From positions 32,001 through 96,000 of the IMG/VR virus record IMGVR_UViG_3300040801_004793: DNA of 64,000 bases; one strand, 5' to 3'. Positions 57,925-64,000 of this stretch are shown here, piece by piece. The DNA is from a virus. Every line of letters begins with the position of its first letter. Within the stretch, counting starts at the first letter, position 1. The notes below the pieces were generated by a model. It was not told where the DNA came from. It saw nothing but the letters and a program-made list of their open reading frames with translations, and made no database searches. Made by a program: the position numbers and the translations under genes.

Positions 57925-57935
57925 ATAATGTCTCC

Positions 57936-58241
57936 TTATTCCTTATAAGCTTTTGGTTTGGGTCCGTACCCTCGAAGTTTGTTTATATCGTAACCTTTTG
58001 GTCTAGCTCTAACCCATTTACCTTTTTTAGCTAGATCTTCTTCTTTGGAAGAGAGATTTCTTGTTTGAATAACTTTATCTCCACCCCGTCTTTTCAACTT
58101 TCTAGCTTTAGAGATAGCTTCACTTCTAGATTCCGCGTTTACTAAGATAGGCGTTCTTCGACCTTCAAAAAAGACTGCTTTACCCCTTTTTTTACGGGGC
58201 TTTAGGTCTCTACTTCCTTTCTTTCTAGCGAAATTTATCAT
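57936..58241 (-). CDS. Basic protein, FARK-motif family
   Basis: MINFARKKGSRDLKPRKKR; ATG at 58241 lies downstream of a terminator. Confidence 0.8.
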   Translation of the reverse strand: MINFARKKGSRDLKPRKKRGKAVFFEGRRTPILVNAESRSEAISKARKLKRRGGDKVIQTRNLSSKEEDLAKKGKWVRARPKGYDINKLRGYGPKPKAYKE

Positions 58242-58245
58242 AATT

Positions 58246-58277
58246 AAAAAAGGGGGTAAATATACACTTACCCCCTT
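58246..58277 (-). terminator. Terminator after the major tail gene
   Basis: AAGGGGGTAA-8nt-TTACCCCCTT followed by a T-tract on the - strand. Confidence 0.75.
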
Positions 58278-58310
58278 CCTCACCTAACCTACACACTATT
58301 CAAAATGAAA

Positions 58311-59105
58311 TTAAATACAAGCAACTTTCAAAGGTGTAGCATAGACATTCCAAGCGCTACATTCACCAGGAAGGTTGTTCAGGAATAGAGACATCTCTAG
58401 ACCTTCTCCACCAAAGTCAATAGACTTACCTTCAACGTTAGGTGTAACGTTTCTAGCTTCGAAAATCGTAATTTGGTTTAGCGTATCCACCATGAGAGCG
58501 TAGACTTCGTGTGGTCCTACAAGAACATCACTCAGGGTAATACCTGTAACATTGTGGGGAATTAGCAAAGAAACTAGTTCATTTGCTGCCACTAGGTTGT
58601 TAGAGTACTTGAGAGCACCGTCAGCGCCTAAAGCAAAACTGTCATCTGTAGTAGGATCAAAAGTATCGTAGTCTTGTCTAGTCAAAGCTGTGGACAACAG
58701 ATTACGAGTCACAGAAGCAGAAACTCTAGCATCGTTAGCTACTACACCTTGCATAAGATATCCCGCAGCGTCTCCAGCAACTTCATTGCTAGAAACTTCC
58801 ATCAACAGGGGAATATAAGTATCGAAGGTACCAGCAGCTTGCTCGTTACCTACGTTGAAGCTTAACATTTCCGGTTGAATATAGTTGTACGAAATAGAAA
58901 GTTCTGGTGTAGTGCCAGCAACGTAAGATCCAGTTCTTACTTTACGGCCCTGTTTGTTTCTACCCATTTGAACTCTTTGTTCAATATTAGTTGCCAGAGT
59001 AAAGTTATCGGGGGTAGGCCAGTTTAACACTACGCCATCGCTCTTTCTTTTCATCTGGAGTGTACTAATACCAACATAGGTCCGTTGGTTAATACTAATA
59101 GTCAT
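58311..59105 (-). CDS. Major tail (tube) protein
   Basis: 264 aa, beta-rich; upstream of chaperone and TMP; own terminator; GAGGAG RBS. Confidence 0.65.
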   Translation of the reverse strand: MTISINQRTYVGISTLQMKRKSDGVVLNWPTPDNFTLATNIEQRVQMGRNKQGRKVRTGSYVAGTTPELSISYNYIQPEMLSFNVGNEQAAGTFDTYIPLLMEVSSNEVAGDAAGYLMQGVVANDARVSASVTRNLLSTALTRQDYDTFDPTTDDSFALGADGALKYSNNLVAANELVSLLIPHNVTGITLSDVLVGPHEVYALMVDTLNQITIFEARNVTPNVEGKSIDFGGEGLEMSLFLNNLPGECSAWNVYATPLKVACI

Positions 59106-59109
59106 TTAT

Positions 59110-59400
59110 TTACTCCTCGTTATTAGTTTCGGTTTGTTCTTCTACTTTCCTTCTTTTTCTAGGTTTAGCAGCAGAAGTAGTTGTTTCGATATTTGTTGGT
59201 TCGGTTTTGGTAATTTCTATTACGCTAGAGTCAACATCATATTCAAATTTAATTGTTCCTAATCTAGCTAAGTAATTAATCTCTTCAACTAAAAAATCAT
59301 CTTTTAAGTATATCCCTGGAGTTATTACTCTTCTAGCTGTAACTCCGGGAGGGGCTGTATAACAATTTTGAATTACTCTAATTTTTTGTTTTAATTTCAT
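59110..59400 (-). CDS. Hypothetical virion-associated protein
   Basis: ORF in the structural operon. Confidence 0.6.
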   Translation of the reverse strand: MKLKQKIRVIQNCYTAPPGVTARRVITPGIYLKDDFLVEEINYLARLGTIKFEYDVDSSVIEITKTEPTNIETTTSAAKPRKRRKVEEQTETNNEE

Positions 59401-59663
59401 AATTTTCTTCTAGGTATTCTATTTCTATTTCTATTTTTATAAGAAATACGATTTTTTAAACCTGTAATTCTATTTCTAATTTTGTTTATTTCAGCCCCTT
59501 TTCTAATTGTAGCATCTGAGTTTTTAGCTGCAACTAAACCAGATCTAGCTTTTTGTTTCATCCCCTGTAACATCCCTGAAATTGTAGTAAAGCCTTGTTG
59601 ACCTCGACCTCTCCGAAGTTTTGATCGCATGGCTCTTTTCATTTTTGTTATAGGGGAATCCAT
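59397..59663 (-). CDS. Small highly basic protein
   Basis: R/K-rich, almost no acidic residues. Confidence 0.7.
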   Translation of the reverse strand: MDSPITKMKRAMRSKLRRGRGQQGFTTISGMLQGMKQKARSGLVAAKNSDATIRKGAEINKIRNRITGLKNRISYKNRNRNRIPRRKL

Positions 59664-59694
59664 TTATATAACTAACCTTTTTTACTTCAGTCTC

Positions 59695-60162
59695 TTATTT
59701 TTTCCTGCGGAATCTATTTCTTAAATCCGAAGTAGCGCCTTGAAGTCTAGCAGTATTTCTACCTAGACTCGAAGCTGCACTATTGAGAACTCCTTGTTTT
59801 CTAATATTAGAGATTCTCTGACGAGTGTTACCGACAAAACGACCTGCTCTAGTCGCTCCAGAAAGAGCCGCGTTGTTAGCAGAACGTCCGAGGCTTGACG
59901 CTCCTCTCCTAACTCTTGCAATTGGATCTCTTCTCACGGATGCACTCAAAGCAGAGGTCGGCATTGGAATACCTCCGTTTACTCTTTTAGGACCTTTTTT
60001 TCTTCCTCTAGCTGCCAAAGCAGCTCCTCCTAAACCGGCGGCTCCAGCAATAGCCCCCGCTGCAGCAAGCCCTCTTTTATTAACACTCACAGAACGTCTT
60101 CTTTTTTTTCTTCGACCTTTATCTCTAGATCCTTTCTTTCTTGCAAATTCGTAATAACTCAT
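59695..60162 (-). CDS. Basic protein, FARK-motif family
   Basis: MSYYEFARKKGSRDKGRRKKRRR followed by a Gly/Ala hydrophobic segment; AGGAG RBS. Confidence 0.85.
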   Translation of the reverse strand: MSYYEFARKKGSRDKGRRKKRRRSVSVNKRGLAAAGAIAGAAGLGGAALAARGRKKGPKRVNGGIPMPTSALSASVRRDPIARVRRGASSLGRSANNAALSGATRAGRFVGNTRQRISNIRKQGVLNSAASSLGRNTARLQGATSDLRNRFRRKK

Positions 60163-60209
60163 TTTTATCTCCTTTTTTTATTACTTTATTTTTTAGTTTG
60201 TACTAAACG

Positions 60210-60554
60210 TTAAACAAAGTTAACTTTGTTTTTTTGGACTCTTCTAGCTCCGCTAGCAATTTTAGAATTTACAGCAAAAGGAGTAGCTCTTGCTAAACCT
60301 CTAGCTTGATTAGAAACACCCCGAGCGTAGTATTTCGCTCGTCTTCTTTTGCTACCAGATACATCTTCTCTAGCTGCTCTTCTTTGGCCTTTCCCATAAC
60401 CATATTGTGCTATACCTCTTAAAGCTCCAGGAGCCTGTCTAGATGCAGCCCTTGTTCGGTTGCGGTTAACTTTTTTAGCCACCCCTTTAATTCCACTGTT
60501 AGCTCTATTTGCTAAACTCACTAGTCCATTCTTTTTTTTCTTTCTATTAAACAT
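60210..60554 (-). CDS. Small highly basic protein
   Basis: R/K/A/G-rich; ends KVNFV. Confidence 0.7.
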   Translation of the reverse strand: MFNRKKKKNGLVSLANRANSGIKGVAKKVNRNRTRAASRQAPGALRGIAQYGYGKGQRRAAREDVSGSKRRRAKYYARGVSNQARGLARATPFAVNSKIASGARRVQKNKVNFV

Positions 60555-60558
60555 AGTA

Positions 60559-61056
60559 TTAATTTAAATCCTTAAATTGAAATTGAATACGAAGGAAAGG
60601 GTATACTACTTGCATTTGTTCATTTGCGGTTAACAGATAATTTACTGTGTAATCTCTGTTTTCTTGAGGAGGGGGCTGTAAATTTAAATCTCTTCTAGAA
60701 TAACTATGAAGTCCTATATTTAATTTTCTACCTATCCAATATAAAAGATCTGGAAGTTTATCTAGGTCAGGATACACTACAGAATAAGTTATTGCCCCTG
60801 TAGTAAAATCAGTAGTTTCGGTAGCTCTTTTAAAAGTATCTGTGAGTCTGTATACCTTTAGTATTGGAAACTCTGAAAGAGGTATGTTGACAGCATCATA
60901 ATTTCTAATATTTCTAATAACTAAACCATCTTTCAATTCAGGTCGAGTTTCTCGTAATTTAACGTATTCGTTGTTTACAAAGTCTCTCAAAAAACGAGCT
61001 AATTTTAAACAGTACTCGTTTTCTCCTATTAAGTAAATGGGGCTAGTATCACTCAT
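60559..61056 (-). CDS. Putative tail terminator/completion protein
   Basis: 165 aa; FP.L.VYR pattern; lies between neck genes and tail tube. Confidence 0.5.
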   Translation of the reverse strand: MSDTSPIYLIGENEYCLKLARFLRDFVNNEYVKLRETRPELKDGLVIRNIRNYDAVNIPLSEFPILKVYRLTDTFKRATETTDFTTGAITYSVVYPDLDKLPDLLYWIGRKLNIGLHSYSRRDLNLQPPPQENRDYTVNYLLTANEQMQVVYPFLRIQFQFKDLN

Positions 61057-61093
61057 ATAAACTATTATACTTTATTCAAACTTTTTAATAACT

Positions 61094-61438
61094 CTAGCTT
61101 CTCTTTTTTCTTTGTTTCATTCGAGCTCTCTCTAAAAACTTTTTACTCCAGTATTTTTGACTACCGGGGTGAGCTTGTAAACCAGGAGCTCTATCTATCT
61201 CACTACCAAAACCTGTTACAAACCCGTCTAGTGGGGGAGCTTCTGTTCTCGGCTCTCTTTTTTTTACTTCTTTTCTAGCTTCTACTGTTTTTGCTAATTT
61301 TCTAGCAGCAAGACCAGTAAGACCTATACCAGTTAGTCCTATACCTACTTTTAGAGCAGTTTTCTTTTGAGAGATTCTTTTTTTACGCCTCTTTTTATCT
61401 CGGCTTCCTCTTTTTCTTGCAAATTCGTAATAACTCAT
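61094..61438 (-). CDS. Basic protein, FARK-motif family
   Basis: MSYYEFARKRGSRDKKRRKKR followed by VGIGLTGIGLTGLAA. Confidence 0.85.
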   Translation of the reverse strand: MSYYEFARKRGSRDKKRRKKRISQKKTALKVGIGLTGIGLTGLAARKLAKTVEARKEVKKREPRTEAPPLDGFVTGFGSEIDRAPGLQAHPGSQKYWSKKFLERARMKQRKKRS

Positions 61439-61448
61439 TTTTTCTTGT

Positions 61449-61865
61449 TTAAAATATGTCGTCAGCTAGCTGACCCTTAGTTTTCCTTTTTCCTCGTCTC
61501 CTGTTAACGGTGATGCTAGGAGGTCCACCTCTTTGAGCATCTATTTCTTTAATAGCCTTGGAAACAAAATTGCCCGGTAAAACAAAATTGCCCGGAGGTC
61601 TAGATGTTTTTATTTCTGATATTGTATCGTTAGTTCTTTTTGCTTTTTGTTCAAAGGCCTGTTTAGACTTCTCTCTTCTTTTTTTAGCGATAGTTTTAAT
61701 TCTGTTTCCAATTTTATCGTGATTTGCAGTTAACCAAGCAGCCCCAGCTAAAGCTCCGGTTGCGGCAAGTCCTTTAAAATATTTTTTAGTTTTTTTAGGT
61801 ATAGGTCTTCTTTTTTTCCTAGGTTTTTTATCCCTACTGCCTCTTTTTCTAGCAAATTCGTACAT
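61449..61865 (-). CDS. Basic protein, FARK-motif family
   Basis: MYEFARKRGSRDKKPRKKRR followed by GLAATGALAGAAWL. Confidence 0.85.
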   Translation of the reverse strand: MYEFARKRGSRDKKPRKKRRPIPKKTKKYFKGLAATGALAGAAWLTANHDKIGNRIKTIAKKRREKSKQAFEQKAKRTNDTISEIKTSRPPGNFVLPGNFVSKAIKEIDAQRGGPPSITVNRRRGKRKTKGQLADDIF

Positions 61866-62230
61866 TACGTTTACCTAACTTTTTTTCTTTTTTTTGAATT
61901 TCCGTGTCCAAGTTCCTTAGATCTACTAACATAATACCCTGCAGCTCCCGTACCTAAAGCAGTTCCAACTATCCCAGGCATGTCCCTCTTTAGACCTGCT
62001 TTCAGCCTTCTAGGGAAATTTGTTTTAAGGGAATATCCTAAAGATCCTCCTATACTTTTTCCTGCTCTTCTACCTGCCCAGAAACCATCGCCAAGCTCCT
62101 CAAGAGCTGTACGAGAGATTTGTGCGCCAGCTCCAATCCCTAACCCTGCTGCAGCTCCTCTTAATCTATTTTTACTAGAAATATTTTTTTTCCTAGGTTT
62201 TTTATCCCTACTGCCTCTTTTTCTAGCAAA
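61811..62230. repeat. 46-bp exact direct repeat encoding FARKRGSRDKKPRKK
   Basis: tttttttcctaggttttttatccctactgcctctttttctagcaaa at 61811-61856 and 62185-62230. Confidence 0.92.
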
Positions 62231-62263
62231 ATTTAAATTGCTAGTTTGTCCTATAAATTTCAT
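61871..62263 (-). CDS. Basic protein, FARK-motif family
   Basis: LNFARKRGSRDKKPRKK followed by two Gly/Ala-rich hydrophobic segments. Confidence 0.85.
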   Translation of the reverse strand: MKFIGQTSNLNFARKRGSRDKKPRKKNISSKNRLRGAAAGLGIGAGAQISRTALEELGDGFWAGRRAGKSIGGSLGYSLKTNFPRRLKAGLKRDMPGIVGTALGTGAAGYYVSRSKELGHGNSKKRKKVR

Positions 62264-62772
62264 TTTTTATCTTCTATCTTTAATTTATTATTTTCGGGTA
62301 CCTCTAAGGCCCATTCTAAAAAAGTTTCTGATAGCTCTTCTAATAACTCATCGTGTAAAAATACAAGACTTCGCATTGAATCAAGTTTATCGGCATAGGC
62401 CACTCTAGTACCAAAATTAAAGGTCATGCCCTCTTCAAAGTTCGCTATTAATTCAGGAGAATTTATATCAAAACTTCGCATTAGATTTCCCGTATCTATA
62501 TATATTCTACCTTGAACTCTATCCGGCCTACCTGCTAAGTAAGACTCGCTTAAAGCTTTCCACTGTACGTTTCCATGTACCATACCTCCTGAAGTGGTTG
62601 GTGGGCTGCTACCAAATCTTTTTTCCATGTCTTTTGACATAACTTTAGTAAGCTCTTCTCTCAACTTTTCTTTTTGAGGTTCAGTAGCTTTATTAAACTT
62701 AGCTTGAATGGATTCCACCCAATTCTCAAGCTCCTTAATGTTTTCTAAAGTTATTTTTAAATCTAAAGACAT
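62260..62772 (-). CDS. Virion morphogenesis/neck protein (Mu gpG-like)
   Basis: RF......W..LS..Y........DTG.L..S.....GT.V.YA pattern. Confidence 0.7.
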   Translation of the reverse strand: MSLDLKITLENIKELENWVESIQAKFNKATEPQKEKLREELTKVMSKDMEKRFGSSPPTTSGGMVHGNVQWKALSESYLAGRPDRVQGRIYIDTGNLMRSFDINSPELIANFEEGMTFNFGTRVAYADKLDSMRSLVFLHDELLEELSETFLEWALEVPENNKLKIEDKK

Positions 62773-62778
62773 ACGGTA

Positions 62779-63417
62779 TTACCAATCCCCTGTAAAAGGA
62801 TACCTTCTAGGTTCAAATCCAGCCGTAGAATCACTTTCCCCAAAATAGTGTTTTCCCGGTAGTTTAGTTTTATTTTGTACTACAGTAGTGTTTTTAGTTA
62901 CGTTATCAGGAATCTGATCTCTACCTAGTAATCTCTCACCTGGTAGTCTAAGAGGCTGTCTTTCTCCATGTAGAGTTTTATGGTCTACTGGAGGACTAAC
63001 TGCAATATAAATGTTAGAACCGGCAGTAATTTGTTGAAGCAATGACTTAGCATGAACATCTAAATTCATAGCTGTCTGACTAATATCCGAAGCTTGCATA
63101 ATAGGGTTGCTGCCTTCAAAGTGAATCTGAATTAATCCAGCGATGGATAAAGATTCACTAATATCTGCCAGAATATTTCTAGTTACTTCATGACTCAAAC
63201 GAAGAGGAGTTACGTATATTTGAGAAAGAATTAAATCAATATAACCTTCTTTTCGTTCAGCTACGAGAGTAATAGTTTCCGGGTCAACAACATTTCCCGC
63301 TACTACGTTTCCATAACCTAGCGCCTGAGTGAGAGCCGTATCAATGGGAGGAGTTTCTTCTATATTAAGTCTCCCCCGAAGTCTTCTAGCTATGTTCTCG
63401 ACAGTAGTGTATTTCAT
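62779..63417 (-). CDS. Head-tail adaptor (Mu gp36-like)
   Basis: MKYTTVE.I..RL start; ID..L...Y.TPL. Confidence 0.6.
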   Translation of the reverse strand: MKYTTVENIARRLRGRLNIEETPPIDTALTQALGYGNVVAGNVVDPETITLVAERKEGYIDLILSQIYVTPLRLSHEVTRNILADISESLSIAGLIQIHFEGSNPIMQASDISQTAMNLDVHAKSLLQQITAGSNIYIAVSPPVDHKTLHGERQPLRLPGERLLGRDQIPDNVTKNTTVVQNKTKLPGKHYFGESDSTAGFEPRRYPFTGDW

Positions 63418-64000
63418 TATCTTTTTCTAGATCTCCTAGATTTTCTTTTAGACCTCACAGAAGAAGACTTTTTCTTTCTAGTAAAGGGTTTTACTTTTTT
63501 ACCATTACGAATATAACCTTTTACTCTTACAGTTCCACCCTCTTTGTTTTCAGCTTCTTTCATTGCAAGCTGTCTTTCTTTAAGGTCTAACTGTCTTTTA
63601 ATAAGGGGTCTTTTTCCTTTACTTTGGTCAATAGATTTTTCCCACAAGTCAGTACGTCTTGCGGTTTCTGCTAATTCAGCTTTTTTAGCTTCTAGCTTAC
63701 TTTTATCGTAGTCTAATCTTTTTCCTTCTGTTTTAATACCGGATATAGTTTTAGCTACGGCAGCTCCCCCTCTAGCAGCTTTGGTTCCCGTATGTACTAC
63801 GTTTGCAATTTTTCCCGCAGTAGAAATAGCTCTATCTAACCTTTTAGCTCCAGTTTGACGTTTTTGATAGACCCCTTGACCTATAGAAGCTGCACCCGCA
63901 AGCTGTCTCAAAGCTTTTGTAGCTGGAACTGATCTAGCTAGAAATACGTCTAGTTCACTACGCTTTGCATAGTTGATAGTACTATTATTATATAAAAAAT
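63417..64000 (-). CDS. Basic protein, 5'-truncated by the window edge
   Basis: Frame is open to the window end (FLYNNSTINYAKRSELD...); C-terminal VRVKGYIRNGKKVKPFTR and an Arg/Ser tail. Confidence 0.75.
   Translation of the reverse strand, partial: FLYNNSTINYAKRSELDVFLARSVPATKALRQLAGAASIGQGVYQKRQTGAKRLDRAISTAGKIANVVHTGTKAARGGAAVAKTISGIKTEGKRLDYDKSKLEAKKAELAETARRTDLWEKSIDQSKGKRPLIKRQLDLKERQLAMKEAENKEGGTVRVKGYIRNGKKVKPFTRKKKSSSVRSKRKSRRSRKR

Larger units (their letters stand above)
60137..61442. repeat. 30-bp exact direct repeat covering the start and MSYYEFARK
   Basis: tttcttgcaaattcgtaataactcattttt at 60137-60166 and 61413-61442. Confidence 0.9.

Noticed and set aside
58242-58283. Upstream GTG start for the 115-aa ORF
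   Set aside because: The extension runs through a terminator hairpin; ATG 58241 places the FARK motif at the N-terminus as in its paralogs.
57936-62263. CRISPR-like or non-coding repeat array from the recurring FARK repeats
   Set aside because: The repeats are in-frame at gene starts and irregularly spaced by whole genes; no cas genes are present.
1-64000. Stop-codon reassignment (TAG/TGA)
   Set aside because: Long genes are intact under the standard code, and TAG/TGA end genes at sensible positions (e.g. 542, 18725, 27789).

Overview
This 64-kb window is part of an AT-rich tailed-phage genome, most likely a long-tailed siphovirus. A cyanobacterial host is inferred from a cyanobacterial-type ThyX, -10-only promoters and few Shine-Dalgarno sites. 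There are two convergent arms that meet at about 29.48 kb. The + strand arm (1-29.5 kb) opens with a complete ubiquitin-like conjugation operon (Ubl, JAB, E2-like, E1/ThiF). It continues with dUTPase, ThyX carrying a NUMOD4-HNH intein, a dNMP kinase, a metallophosphoesterase, a Sak4/SSB/exonuclease module, primase, helicase, and a family A polymerase with unusual active-site substitutions. It also encodes a class II RNR, a PAS-GGDEF-EAL protein, a Dam-like methylase, a PduO-like cobalamin adenosyltransferase, an NDT-like protein, a putative sliding clamp and RuvC. The - strand arm (29.5-64 kb) is virion morphogenesis: neck genes, tail tube, a tail chaperone with a -1 frameshift site, a 2633-aa tape measure, mosaic tail-fibre modules and a displaced DUF935-type portal. 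Interspersed among the neck and tail genes are about 8 small, very basic proteins, five of which share an N-terminal [EN]FARK[KR]GSRD-K/R motif. The top candidates for new biology are the phage Ubl system, the FARK-motif protein family and the phage c-di-GMP enzyme. All calls come from reading motifs by eye; no database searches were run.
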